From positions 165,776 to 229,775 of the forward strand of contig JBPOGF010000004.1 in assembly GCA_051251915.1 (NCBI GenBank): a stretch of 64,000 nt of DNA, read 5' to 3'. This DNA comes from Akkermansiaceae bacterium (GTDB lineage: Bacteria; Verrucomicrobiota; Verrucomicrobiia; Verrucomicrobiales; Akkermansiaceae). Every line of letters starts with the position of its first letter. Position 1 is the stretch's first letter. Of the stretch, positions 47,951 through 57,746 are shown piece after piece. The notes beneath the pieces are model-generated. The model saw nothing but the letters and a program-made list of their open reading frames with translations, ran no database searches and was not told the origin of the DNA. The translations under genes were made by a program, and so were the position numbers.

Positions 47951-49087
47951 TTAGGCGTTTAGTGATTGGACGAGTGGGCGGGAGGTGGCTTTGTAGGCTG
48001 GGTAGAGGGAGGCTAGGAGGCCTAGGGCGACGGCGACTCCGAGGCCGGAGATGAGGACTGTGGTGGAGGGGGAAAGGGCTAGGGTGAGGCCTTCATTTCC
48101 TAGGGTGAAGGCTTTGAGGTGGAAGAATGCCATGGCTCCGAAGACGCCGATGATGCCTCCGACGAGGCCTAGGAGTATGCCTTCGAAGACGACCATGAGG
48201 CCGATGGCGAGGCGTGAGAAGCCGAGGGTCTGGAGGATGGCGGTTTCTTTTACTCTGCCGCGGACGATGAGTAGGACGGCATTTGCGACGAGGCCGAGGA
48301 CTGCGATGACGGCGCCTAGTCCGAGCCAGCGGGTGAAGCCGATGAGTTCTATCATTTGCTTGGCTGTTTCTGCGAAGAAGGCTTTTTCTGGTTTGGTGTT
48401 GGTGGGTTGTTGGTCGGATTTGAAGGTTTCGTCGATTTGGTTGGCGATGGGTTCTAGGAGGTCTGAGGAGGCGACTTTGACGTTGAACTGGGTGACGATT
48501 CCTAGGCCTACTTTGGAGGCTTGCTGGAGGAAGGGGAGGTGGACGTAGGCTACGTTTTCGTCTTGGGGGGAGTCTGAGGAGATGATGCCGGCGATGGTGA
48601 CGTTTACGCCTACGGCTTCGAAGTTGTCGCCTGGGGAGAGGCCTCGGCGCTCGGCGAAGTGTTTGCCTACTAGGGCGGCGTCGCTGCGTTTTACGAAGTC
48701 ATCGTATGAGCCTTCGATGACGTTGATGTTGGGGTTGTATTGTTTGAGGGTTTGTGGGGGGACGCCGCGGAATGTGATGACGTCTAGTGATGCGCCGCAG
48801 TTGTTTACGGCGATTTGGATGGGGATGACTTCGCGAACTCCTTCGATTCGCTCGATGGTGGCGAGGTAGTGTTCTGGGAGGCGTGAGGTCATGGGGCAGA
48901 AGCGGTTTTCACGGTAGACTACGAGTGTGGTGTCATTGGCATTTCCTTCGGTGGCGATGGAGAGGGAGTGCTGCATGGTCTGGACGGAGGCGTAGAGAAA
49001 CATTCCTGCGGCTACGCCAAGAATCGTGAGTAAGGAACGTAGGCGATTTCTGGTTAGGTTTTTTAGAGCTAGGATAAGTAGTTTCAT
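47951..49087 (-). CDS. MacB/FtsX-type ABC permease with periplasmic Cys motifs
   Basis: KNLTRNRLRSLLT, RFCP and NNCG, RVKETAILQTLGF. Confidence 0.9.
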   Translation of the reverse strand: MKLLILALKNLTRNRLRSLLTILGVAAGMFLYASVQTMQHSLSIATEGNANDTTLVVYRENRFCPMTSRLPEHYLATIERIEGVREVIPIQIAVNNCGASLDVITFRGVPPQTLKQYNPNINVIEGSYDDFVKRSDAALVGKHFAERRGLSPGDNFEAVGVNVTIAGIISSDSPQDENVAYVHLPFLQQASKVGLGIVTQFNVKVASSDLLEPIANQIDETFKSDQQPTNTKPEKAFFAETAKQMIELIGFTRWLGLGAVIAVLGLVANAVLLIVRGRVKETAILQTLGFSRLAIGLMVVFEGILLGLVGGIIGVFGAMAFFHLKAFTLGNEGLTLALSPSTTVLISGLGVAVALGLLASLYPAYKATSRPLVQSLNA

Positions 49088-49093
49088 GATCTG

Positions 49094-49792
49094 TTAGGTT
49101 GTTAGGAGGTGGCCTTGGGTGGAGAATTGGCCTTTTTCTAGTTGGAGGGCGCGGTGGGCGGCGGCGGAGGCTTTGGGGTCGTGGGTGACCATGACGATGG
49201 TTTTTCCGTGTTCTTTGGCGAGGGTGTTGAGGAGATTTAGGATGGAGTCTGCGGACTGGCGGTCTAGGTCGCCGGTGGGCTCATCTGCTACGAGGAGTTC
49301 AGGGTCGTGGACGATGGCGCGGGCGATGGCGACGCGTTGTTCTTGTCCACCGGAGAGTTCTGATGGGCGGTGGTCTGCACGGTCGCTTAGGCCTACGAGG
49401 TCTAGTGCGGCGAGGATTTTTTTCTTACGTTGTGCTTTGCTGTAGTTTCCTAATAAGAGTGGGAGTTCGACGTTTTCGTATGCTGAGAGGATGGGGACGA
49501 GGTGGTAGAGCTGGAAGATGTAGCCGACGTGGGTGGCGCGCCATTTGGTGAGTTGGGCGCGTGAGAGTGTGGAGATGTCGTTGCCGTCGATGATGATTTC
49601 TCCTGAAGTTGGTGAGTCGATGCCGGCGATGAGGTTGAGGAGGGTGGTTTTGCCAGATCCTGATGGGCCCATGAGTGAGAGGAATTCTCCGCGTGGGACT
49701 GCTAGGGATAAGTTTTCTAGTGGCTTGATGGTTGTCTTGCCTTTGGTGAAGGCTTTGGTGACTGATTTGATGTTGATTAGGATGTCTTTCAT
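49094..49792 (-). CDS. ABC ATPase (LolD/MacB family)
   Basis: [29 protein letters not shown]. Confidence 0.95.
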   Translation of the reverse strand: MKDILINIKSVTKAFTKGKTTIKPLENLSLAVPRGEFLSLMGPSGSGKTTLLNLIAGIDSPTSGEIIIDGNDISTLSRAQLTKWRATHVGYIFQLYHLVPILSAYENVELPLLLGNYSKAQRKKKILAALDLVGLSDRADHRPSELSGGQEQRVAIARAIVHDPELLVADEPTGDLDRQSADSILNLLNTLAKEHGKTIVMVTHDPKASAAAHRALQLEKGQFSTQGHLLTT

Positions 49793-49800
49793 GGGGTGAG

Positions 49801-51225
49801 TTAGTTAGTGATTGTTAGGCGTGCGGCAGGGGTAAGTTTATCATGGGGTGGGAGGATGACGGATTCTCCGGAGCGGAGGCCATCTAGGACGAGGCGGTGG
49901 TTGTCTTTGGTTTGTGTGCCTAGTTTGATGGTGCGTTTTTCGGCGGTGTTGTCGGTGGTTACGACCCAGACTGTGGTGTCATTTACGAGTGCATTTTCTG
50001 GGACGTAGATGGATAGTCGGGTGTTTGATGAGGTGCTGGTGGTTCCTGATGTATGGGATTCTCCTGCTGAGAAGAATTTGGCGCGGACTAGCATGTCTGG
50101 GCGGAGGCGGGGGTCTGGGTTGGTGATCTGGACTTTGGCTTGGAGGGTGTTTCGCTGGAGGTCTGCTTGGCCGCTGATGCGGGTGACTTGTCCGGTGAAT
50201 GTGCGGTCTGGGAGGAGGTCAGAAACTAGTTCTACGGTTTGGCCGGCGGATAGGGCGGCGGCTTCATTGAGCGGGACGTCGATGCGGGCTTGGAGTTTGT
50301 TAGGGTCGTAGAGTTCTACGATGACGGCGGAGGTGGGGGAGTCCATGTCTAGCATGCGCTTGACTCCGGGGGCGGCGTGGAGGTGGAGGACGATGCCGTC
50401 CATGGTGGATTTGATCTGGGTGCGATCTAGGGCGAGCTGGGCGCGATCGCGGGCGGTGGTGAGTTCTTGTAGGTTGGCGTCCATGGTGAGTTGTTGAGCT
50501 TCGATCTGGACTTTTTTTGCTTTGAGTCGTGGGATTTCAGCTTGTGCTTCTGCTAGGATGGCGGCTTGGCTTTCGGTGGTGAGCTTGGCTTTGGTGACTT
50601 CGAGTTCTGAGATAGTTCCTTTTTTGAGTCTGGTGAGTCTGTCTGAGCTGTCGCGAGCTTGATTTAGGAGCGCTTGCATGGAGTTTATTTTGCTCTGGGC
50701 GGCGATGATTTCTGAGTCGATGATGTTGTATTCTGTGCAGTGAGCATGGATCATTTTCTCGTAGGCGATGTGTTTTTGCTGAGCTGTGAGGAGGTTTAGC
50801 TTGGCGTCATCGTCGATGAGGGTGGCGAGGAGTTGGCCTTGTTTTACGGTTTGGCCTTCGAGGACGTGGACTTTGTCAACGACTCCATTTACGAGTGAGG
50901 TGATGAAGACGGTGTAGGGGTCTGGTTCTACCCAGCCGGATGCTTGGAAGAGGAGGGCGCCTTTGGTTGTTGCGGTGGTTTTTTGGGGTTGTGTGGGTGA
51001 GGTGGAAGCTTTTAGTTCTTCGCCGGCGCGGATGGTGATGACGGGGGCTGTTTTGACAGGGATGGCGGGAAGTAGGCGTTTGCCGAAGAGTAGGGCAAGC
51101 ACGACGAGGAAGCCGAGGATTAGTCCGACTGGGAGCATCCAGGCTAGGGAACGAGTGCGTTTTTGCGGGGAGCTTGAGGTGGTAGGCTCGGTAGTACGAT
51201 GTGTGGTTAGGTCGTCTAGTGACAT
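49801..51225 (-). CDS. Periplasmic adaptor (membrane fusion protein)
   Basis: N-terminal TM, ASGWVEP, lipoyl halves VLEGQTVKQGQLL and IKSTMDG, long helical hairpin, LRPDM. Confidence 0.9.
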   Translation of the reverse strand: MSLDDLTTHRTTEPTTSSSPQKRTRSLAWMLPVGLILGFLVVLALLFGKRLLPAIPVKTAPVITIRAGEELKASTSPTQPQKTTATTKGALLFQASGWVEPDPYTVFITSLVNGVVDKVHVLEGQTVKQGQLLATLIDDDAKLNLLTAQQKHIAYEKMIHAHCTEYNIIDSEIIAAQSKINSMQALLNQARDSSDRLTRLKKGTISELEVTKAKLTTESQAAILAEAQAEIPRLKAKKVQIEAQQLTMDANLQELTTARDRAQLALDRTQIKSTMDGIVLHLHAAPGVKRMLDMDSPTSAVIVELYDPNKLQARIDVPLNEAAALSAGQTVELVSDLLPDRTFTGQVTRISGQADLQRNTLQAKVQITNPDPRLRPDMLVRAKFFSAGESHTSGTTSTSSNTRLSIYVPENALVNDTTVWVVTTDNTAEKRTIKLGTQTKDNHRLVLDGLRSGESVILPPHDKLTPAARLTITN

Positions 51226-51230
51226 GGGAA

Positions 51231-51258
51231 ATTGTTATTGATTATTTGTTATTGGTTA
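51231..51258. repeat. 4 x degenerate heptamer (attgtta ttgatta tttgtta ttggtta)
   Basis: Tandem array 5 nt upstream of the adaptor start codon, same unit type as 46754-46781. Confidence 0.65.
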
Positions 51259-51371
51259 TTGAGGCGAGGGGGCTTCAATGTGGTGTGGTGAACCTATGGG
51301 TAGCCCAGAAAGTTTGGGTGATAGGTTGGGGCAATAGGTACAAGGTTATTGCCTGAGGTGATTCACAAAAA

Positions 51372-51839
51372 TCAAATGAGGAAGACTGAGTGCCTAATGT
51401 ATAAGGGCACGGAGGGGCACGCCATTAACTCGGGCGGGCTACCACGGATTTCGACCGGTTGCAGGAATGCATTTGGTGTGACCGAGGTGGTGGTGTTGGC
51501 GACAAAGTAGAGAGCGTTGAGCAGCGAGTCAGGAGAGGTTTTAAAGTCTACTGATGGCTGAGGCACGCACTGGTCTAGTTCCCAATCGAGGGAGACGACG
51601 CAGTTATCGCAAGGTGAAATGTCAGAGGTGTGGAGCGTGCTGGGTGGGGTGCTCTTGTTAGAGCAGCCATTGCATGATGTGCATTGATCACTTGATGGCT
51701 CCATGGTGGTGAGCTCGCATGGGCAATCACCAAGGAACATGATTTTATCACAGAGGCAGAAGTTCAGTCCTACCTGTGATGTAGTAGCGAGTACTAGCAT
51801 CAGGCATGAAAGAATCAGTGCTGTGAATTTGTGTAACAT
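51372..51839 (-). CDS. Cys-rich leader protein (DUF2946/HYC_CC_PP-like architecture)
   Basis: Signal/TM segment, FCLC, CPC, CTSCNGC, CDNC, RGSPP, C-terminal PLYIRHSVFLI. Confidence 0.7.
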   Translation of the reverse strand: MLHKFTALILSCLMLVLATTSQVGLNFCLCDKIMFLGDCPCELTTMEPSSDQCTSCNGCSNKSTPPSTLHTSDISPCDNCVVSLDWELDQCVPQPSVDFKTSPDSLLNALYFVANTTTSVTPNAFLQPVEIRGSPPELMACPSVPLYIRHSVFLI

Positions 51840-51940
51840 GGTTGGTCTGTCTAGTGGTAATGAACTCCATTAAGGTGTTTTGGTCAAGTGATTATGTGAA
51901 ATGGGGTGAGTGGTGGTGTGAGCCATGCCATGAAAACAAG

Positions 51941-51976
51941 CCGTCCCGGGCATGAAGAGGTCATGACCGGGACGGG
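51941..51976 (-). terminator. Hairpin downstream of the PEP-CTERM gene
   Basis: ccgtcccgg..catga/tcatg..ccgggacgg followed by a T-rich segment on the minus strand. Confidence 0.6.
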
Positions 51977-52072
51977 TGAATTTGCGAAAATGTTCTTTTA
52001 TCGAAGACTGCTAGGGTAAGGCAGAGAAGTCGATAGAGATCATATGGTTCGTGAAGTTTGGGCTCGTTTTGC

Positions 52073-53083
52073 TTATCTTCTGCGGCGAATCAGTGCGAAG
52101 CTTCCTACTAAGCCGAGTAAGGCTGTGGTGCTTGGTTCTGGAACGGGTGTGTAACCAAGATCTTGAAGCATGCCGACTTCAATACCGCTCCATGTACGAG
52201 CCTCACCGTCACCGAAGTCGCGCGTTGGCACCATCATCATGCCAGCAAAGTCAATAGAATTAAGATGGCTTTGGTCATCATCAATAACGAGGTGGACGTC
52301 TTCTCCTCCGTTAGCGAGTCTTGCGAACGTACCAGTGAAGTAGCCTCCGATGTTACGAGCGCTCTCTAGCGCCGCGGTGTTAACTTCAAAGGTGGTGGTG
52401 TTGATGAGTGGATCACCTAAATCTTCAATAAGAAATTCATCCCATTTGGCCCAGCTACCTTGGTTACCACTTCCTTGATCGCCATTATCGTAGCGGTCGC
52501 CACCTGGGGTGCCAAATATTTCACTTCCGATTCCGAGAGCGTGCGTGAATTCATGGTAAAGAGCAGCGTAGAGGTCATACTCAGCGGCGCCAGCTGGAGT
52601 GTCTGCATCTAGTTGCCACACATGTCCCCAGTTCACATCCACGAATCCATCAAAACCTGTTGTGTTTAAATCAATACCGGTTTGTAGCTTAGTCCGTAAT
52701 ACTTCTCCGCCACCAAAGGTGCCAGCTGCGGGTACGAAATTTGATCCAGCAGAAGCTAGGGTGGTACCCATAGCATCATTAGAGCTTGTCACTGAAAGGT
52801 TGATCACTGCTGAATCAGAGAAATGTGATCCGAAAAGAGTACTAAAACGATTGCCTGCTTCGACAAGTGCTGCTTGTCTTGCCATGCCTTCAGAGGCATC
52901 GAGAAATCCGATGCCTGCATCATTACCGGAGTAGTCGAAGGTGAAGGAAAGCACTGCCTGAGCGTTACCAGCTGTTGATAAACACAGCGCTAGAACGGCG
53001 GCTGAAAGTTTTGTTGAGAAGCTTTTCTTAGAAGCCACTTTTGAGTTGAGCCCTTTTAGGGCAGGGGTGTGGATTGATTTCAT
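52073..53083 (-). CDS. PEP-CTERM-sorted protein with a zinc-metalloprotease-like domain
   Basis: Signal peptide, HEFTHALG (HExxH), C-terminal VPEPSTTALLGL..RRRR. Start uncertain (53083 or 53128). Confidence 0.88.
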   Translation of the reverse strand: MKSIHTPALKGLNSKVASKKSFSTKLSAAVLALCLSTAGNAQAVLSFTFDYSGNDAGIGFLDASEGMARQAALVEAGNRFSTLFGSHFSDSAVINLSVTSSNDAMGTTLASAGSNFVPAAGTFGGGEVLRTKLQTGIDLNTTGFDGFVDVNWGHVWQLDADTPAGAAEYDLYAALYHEFTHALGIGSEIFGTPGGDRYDNGDQGSGNQGSWAKWDEFLIEDLGDPLINTTTFEVNTAALESARNIGGYFTGTFARLANGGEDVHLVIDDDQSHLNSIDFAGMMMVPTRDFGDGEARTWSGIEVGMLQDLGYTPVPEPSTTALLGLVGSFALIRRRR

Positions 53084-53535
53084 GATTATAAGTGTGGTGA
53101 TTTTGTTAGTTTGCAATGCACCTTTCAAGGTGGAGCCACTTAACTAGTGGAACACATTTCTTCATATTCTACTCTTTCTTTAGTAACAAGTTTAAACTGC
53201 GAGTTTATATCATTATAATTCAGGGGAGGATGGCTTTTTTTTGGGTTATTAAGTTGAAAGTAGAAAGCAAGATAAAGAGGTGTGACTTTCTATGGTATAG
53301 GTTATTATGAGGGTGTCGTTATTCTCGCTAGCTAAATGGATGGGGTGTGTCATCTTTTAGGTATCTGTGGGAGTTTGAGATCATTGCTAATAGGATTTCT
53401 GGTAGGGATTAATTGATCGATGGGTACAGGCTTGTCGTGGCTGGTGCGTGATAGAAGTTTTGAATGATCTCTATGAGACGAAAGGTGGAGAGAATACTAG
53501 ATTTATGATGTTAATTCGCTTATGTAATGGGCGAA

Positions 53536-54513
53536 ATGAATTTGAATCTGATCGATAAAGACACGGTGAAGGCATGTTTGAGTATGCCGAGGGCGATTGA
53601 GTTGATGCGGGATGCTTTTGTGGCGCTATCTGCTGGTGAGGTGGATAGTCCGTTGAGGACGGCGTTGGTGAATGATGCGGGGACTGTACTTTATAAGCCT
53701 GCTTATTCAGAGGCGGCGGGTATTTTCTGTGCGAAGGTGGTTTCGGTATTCAGTGACAATGTGAATAAAAACTTACCTGTGACTCCTGGTATTATTATTG
53801 TGAATAGTGCGGAGACTGGGATGCCGGTGGCTCTGGTGGAGGCGGGGTATCTTACTTCGTTGCGGACTGGTGCTGTTACGGGATTGGCTACTGATCTTAT
53901 GGCTGCGGAAGGAGCTAGGACTGCGGCGCTTTTTGGGACGGGTGGGCAGAGTGCTCATCAGCTGGAGGCGATGCTGTGTGTTAGGGAATTTGAGACGGTT
54001 TATGTTTTTTCGAGGAATCCTGAGAATGCGGTGGAGTTTTGTCATGAGCAGGAGGCTATGGCTGAGGAAGTGGGGTGTAAGCTGGTGGCGAATCCGGATA
54101 GGAGTGTGATCAAGGAGTGTGATGTGATTACTCTGGCGACGAGCAGTGCTACTGCTGTGGTGGCTGATGATGAGTTACCTCAGAGTGTGCATATTAATGC
54201 GATAGGGTCACTGGGGCCGAAGCGGACGGAGGTGGCTGCTGAGACGATTCTTAGGTCTTACGTTTGTGTGGATCAACGGGCTGCTTGTATGGCGGAGGCG
54301 GGTGAGATTTGTCTGATCCGAGATGCGGGGGAGCTTGCTGAAGATTTTCATCCTGTGGAGTTGGGTGAGCTTGCTGCGGGGAAGTATGAGGTGGTGAAGT
54401 CTGGGGTTAGGGTGTTTAAGTCTGTGGGGAATGCGGTGCAGGATCTGGTTTGCACGGCTGAGATTTTGAAGATAGCGGAGGAGAAGGGATTGGGGGCGGA
54501 GGCTAATCTTTGA
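53536..54513 (+). CDS. Ornithine cyclodeaminase/mu-crystallin family protein
   Basis: LTSLRTGA, GTGGQS, HINAIGS, FKSVGNAVQD. Alternative ATG 53527. Confidence 0.9.
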   Translation: MNLNLIDKDTVKACLSMPRAIELMRDAFVALSAGEVDSPLRTALVNDAGTVLYKPAYSEAAGIFCAKVVSVFSDNVNKNLPVTPGIIIVNSAETGMPVALVEAGYLTSLRTGAVTGLATDLMAAEGARTAALFGTGGQSAHQLEAMLCVREFETVYVFSRNPENAVEFCHEQEAMAEEVGCKLVANPDRSVIKECDVITLATSSATAVVADDELPQSVHINAIGSLGPKRTEVAAETILRSYVCVDQRAACMAEAGEICLIRDAGELAEDFHPVELGELAAGKYEVVKSGVRVFKSVGNAVQDLVCTAEILKIAEEKGLGAEANL

Positions 54514-54584
54514 TTGGGATAAGGATAAGGGGGGGGATGTTTTGCTTTGAGTGGTGGTGATTCTCTATTATGTTGCGTTTAGTT

Positions 54585-55265
54585 ATGGAGATAAATGCTG
54601 ATGTTGGGGAGATGATGGGGGATGATGCTGGGATCATGGGGTGTATTTCTATGGGAAATGTGGCTTGTGGTGGGCATGCTTCTGATGTGGAGCATATGGG
54701 GGAGACTGTGAGGCTAGCGGTGGAGCATGGGGTGAGGGTTTGTGCGCATCCTGGGTATAGGGATAGGGAGAATTTTGGGAGGGTTTCTGTGGTGCTTAGT
54801 GGGGATGAGATTTTGGAGTTGGTGGGGGAGCAGGTGGGGTTGTTGAAGGGGATTTGTGAGGATGAGGGGGTGGGGTTGTTTGCGATTAAGCCGCATGGGG
54901 CGTTGTATCATGATATGATGCAGGGAGGTGTGGTGCGTGATGTGATGTTGGAAGTGGCGCGGGAGTTTGGCGTTCCGCTGGTGGTGCAGGCTGGGGTGGA
55001 TGTTGATTTTGGAGAAGAGGTTGAGATTATGCGGGAGGGGTTTGCGGATAGGGGGTATAGTGCTGATGGTGGGCTGATGGCACGTTCTGAGGAGGGGGCG
55101 TTGCATATAGATGCTGAGGTTATTTTGGCTCAGGCTAGACAAATGATAGATAAGGGTGTAGTTAGATGTAATAATGGATCTTATCTACATTTGTCTGCGG
55201 ACACGCTTTGTTTTCATGGGGATAACCCTGCGTCAGTTGCGGCTCTAAAACGTCTCTATGCTTAA
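54585..55265 (+). CDS. pxpA: 5-oxoprolinase subunit A (LamB/YcsF)
   Basis: INADVGE, NVACGGHA, AHPGY.DRENFGR, IKPHGALY, CFHGD. Confidence 0.9.
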   Translation: MEINADVGEMMGDDAGIMGCISMGNVACGGHASDVEHMGETVRLAVEHGVRVCAHPGYRDRENFGRVSVVLSGDEILELVGEQVGLLKGICEDEGVGLFAIKPHGALYHDMMQGGVVRDVMLEVAREFGVPLVVQAGVDVDFGEEVEIMREGFADRGYSADGGLMARSEEGALHIDAEVILAQARQMIDKGVVRCNNGSYLHLSADTLCFHGDNPASVAALKRLYA

Positions 55266-55950
55266 GATAATACATGCTGAGTGGCACTCGGAAACGACGT
55301 TGAGTTTTTACTTTAGCGAGGTTGTGGAGATGGATGTTGTTGTGGAGATAGCTCGGTTTGCGGAGTATTTAAGGGAGAGGCTTTTGGGGGTGGTTGAGGT
55401 GGTGCCTTGTGGGACTTCTTTGTTTGTGGAGTGTCATGTTTTGAGAACGAGTGTGGAGCGTGATGTTAGAGTTTTTTTAGATGGCTTTGGGGTAGTTGGG
55501 GATAAGGAGTTGGAGGAGGAGAGGAGTGAACAGATTCTTGAGTTGCCTGTTTTTTATCATACTGATGTGGCTCCGGACTTGGTGATGCTGGCGGGGGAGA
55601 AGGGGGTGAGTGTGGATGAGGTTATTAGGCTTCATAGTGAGGTTGTTTATACGGTGGCTAGTTTGGGATTTGCGCCGGGGTTTGCTTATCTTTCTGGGTT
55701 GAATCCGGAGTTGGCGATTCCGAGGATGAGTGAGCCTAAGATGGTGGCGAAGGGGAGCTTGGGGATAGCGGATATGCAGACGGCTGTGTATCCTAAGGCG
55801 TCGCCTGGTGGGTGGGTGATTGTGGGGAATTGTCCGGTTAGTTTGTTTGATCTTGGGGCTGATCCGATTACGCCGTTTGAGGTTGGTGGATTGGTGAAAT
55901 TTAAGCCGATTGGTAGGGGTGAATTTATTGAGTTGGGGGGTGTGGTGTGA
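55258..55950 (+). CDS. pxpB: 5-oxoprolinase subunit B
   Basis: LPVFY, GFAPGFAYL, YPKASPGGW. Confidence 0.9.
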   Translation: MLKIIHAEWHSETTLSFYFSEVVEMDVVVEIARFAEYLRERLLGVVEVVPCGTSLFVECHVLRTSVERDVRVFLDGFGVVGDKELEEERSEQILELPVFYHTDVAPDLVMLAGEKGVSVDEVIRLHSEVVYTVASLGFAPGFAYLSGLNPELAIPRMSEPKMVAKGSLGIADMQTAVYPKASPGGWVIVGNCPVSLFDLGADPITPFEVGGLVKFKPIGRGEFIELGGVV

Positions 55951-56855
55951 GGCCGTGTTTTAAGGTGATTCAGAGTGCCCCTGTGATGCATTTTCAGGAT
56001 TTGGGGCGTTACGGGTATGCGCACTTGGGGGTGAGTCAAGGTGGTCCTATTGATTTGCATGCTTTTTGCTGGGCGAATTATTTGTTAGGGAATTGTAACA
56101 GTGCGACCAGTCTTGAGGTCACGGTTGGGAATGCTTCGTTTTTGGCGTTGGAGGATAGTGTGATTGCTATTGCTGGGGCGGAGATGAATGGGCGGATTGA
56201 TGATAGTCCAATTCAGAATTGGGGGAGTCATATTATACTGAAGGGGCAGACTCTTAAGTTGGGGTATGCGAGGACGGGGAGTCATGCTTATTTGGCGGTT
56301 CAGGGGGGATTCTGCGCGGAGCGGGTGCTGGGGAGTAGTTCTACGGTGGTGAGGAATGATGTGGGTGGGTTATTGTCTGCTGGTGTGGAGTTGTGTGTGA
56401 AGGGGAATTTCTTGTTTAAGCCGGCGGAGTCAAAGCTTACCCCTAGTCGCTTTATTCCTGATTATGATGAGGTTTGTAAGATCCAGGTGGTGTTGGCATG
56501 GGGGCAGGAGAGGGAGTTTAGTAGTGCGTTGCTGAATACGAGGTTCAGGGTGAGTCCTGAGTCTGATAGGATGGGGAGGAATCTGATAGCTGATGAGGCG
56601 CTGCCTAGGTTAGACGGGATTATTTCTGAGGGGATTTCGCTTGGTTCGATTCAGTTGCCTCCTAGTGGCAATCCGATTGTGTTACTGAATGACAGGCAGA
56701 CGCAGGGGGGGTATGCTAAGGTGGGGAATGTGGCGCGGGTGGATCTGCCCTTGCTGGTGCAGGCTAGGGCGGGGGCTAAGATTAGGTTTATGCCTGTGAG
56801 TCACGAATCTGCAAGGGAGCAGTGGGTGGACTTTGTAAGGTTCTTTAGGTTGTGA
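55947..56855 (+). CDS. pxpC: 5-oxoprolinase subunit C
   Basis: QDLGR.G..HLGV, SDRMG, GSIQLP, DRQTQGGYAK. Confidence 0.9.
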   Translation: MRPCFKVIQSAPVMHFQDLGRYGYAHLGVSQGGPIDLHAFCWANYLLGNCNSATSLEVTVGNASFLALEDSVIAIAGAEMNGRIDDSPIQNWGSHIILKGQTLKLGYARTGSHAYLAVQGGFCAERVLGSSSTVVRNDVGGLLSAGVELCVKGNFLFKPAESKLTPSRFIPDYDEVCKIQVVLAWGQEREFSSALLNTRFRVSPESDRMGRNLIADEALPRLDGIISEGISLGSIQLPPSGNPIVLLNDRQTQGGYAKVGNVARVDLPLLVQARAGAKIRFMPVSHESAREQWVDFVRFFRL

Positions 56856-56912
56856 TATTCATCTGTTAGATGAAATGTTCTGGTGGTTACTTTTACTTGT
56901 AATTTAGAGGAC

Positions 56913-56930
56913 TTTCAGTAATGATTGAAA
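56913..56930. promoter_or_regulatory. Imperfect palindrome, likely autoregulatory operator of the GbsR-type regulator
   Basis: TTTCAG-taatga-TTGAAA, ending 2 nt before ATG 56933. Confidence 0.5.
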
Positions 56931-56932
56931 AT

Positions 56933-57472
56933 ATGAGCGCAACTGATGAGTTTTTAAAAGCGAAGGATGATTTTATTTCGCAGTGGGGGGCCTTGGGGTC
57001 GAGCTGGGGGATTAGTAGAACGATGGCTCAGGTGCATGCGTTGCTGATGATTAGTCCAGAGCCGATTAGTACGGATCAGAGCATGGAGGAGTTACAGATT
57101 AGCCGTGGGAATGCGCATACGAATTTGAAGGAGCTAGTGGGGTGGGGATTGGTCAAGATTGTGGTTAAGAAGGGGGAGAGGAAGGAATTTTTTGAGGCTG
57201 AGAAGGATGTTTGGAAGGTGTTTACGATTGTGCTTAGAGAACGTAAGCGTAGGGAGATAGATCCTGCGGTGGAGCTTTTGACGGGGTGTGCAGAGCGGAG
57301 TAAGGATGTGAAGAGCGTTGAGGGTAAGGCGTTTCATGAGCAGATGATCGAGTTGCAGGATTTTGCGGTATTTGCGAGTCAGGTGGGTGAGACGATTAGT
57401 AAGCTGAAGTATGGTCCGGCGATTAAGTATGCGAATAAATTCTTAGGACTTTTGCCGAAAGATAAATCTTAG
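56933..57472 (+). CDS. GbsR/MarR-family transcriptional regulator
   Basis: FISQWG..GSSWGISRTMAQVHALL, winged HTH ISRGNAH, GERKEFFEAEKD, RKRREIDP. Confidence 0.88.
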   Translation: MSATDEFLKAKDDFISQWGALGSSWGISRTMAQVHALLMISPEPISTDQSMEELQISRGNAHTNLKELVGWGLVKIVVKKGERKEFFEAEKDVWKVFTIVLRERKRREIDPAVELLTGCAERSKDVKSVEGKAFHEQMIELQDFAVFASQVGETISKLKYGPAIKYANKFLGLLPKDKS

Positions 57473-57561
57473 TTTTGTTATTTGACATTTGGGTGAAAAT
57501 GCTCAGCATGCAGCCCACTTCACTTTCCAACTGATTATTTCAGTGGAACACACATTGTAAT

Positions 57562-57642
57562 GCCGGTGTGGCGGAATTGGTAGACGCGTTCGACTCAAAA
57601 TCGAATTCCTATGGAGTGCGGGTTCGATTCCCGCCGCCGGTA
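57562..57642 (+). tRNA. tRNA-Leu(CAA), CCA not encoded
   Basis: Acceptor gccggtg/cgccggt, anticodon arm ttcga-ctCAAaa-tcgaa, GGTTCGATTCC. Confidence 0.96.
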
Positions 57643-57746
57643 TTTTTGTTGAGTATGTTCACCGTTTTTTTGCATGACGGAGATGTTACGAATTCTTCTT
57701 ATCAACGGGGTTGATTGTTTTAAACTACTATGTATAAACACTGCCA

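Noticed and set aside
53130..53520. Riboswitch or sigma54 promoter upstream of the PEP-CTERM gene
   Set aside because: No recognisable aptamer consensus or correctly spaced GG-N10-GC box found.
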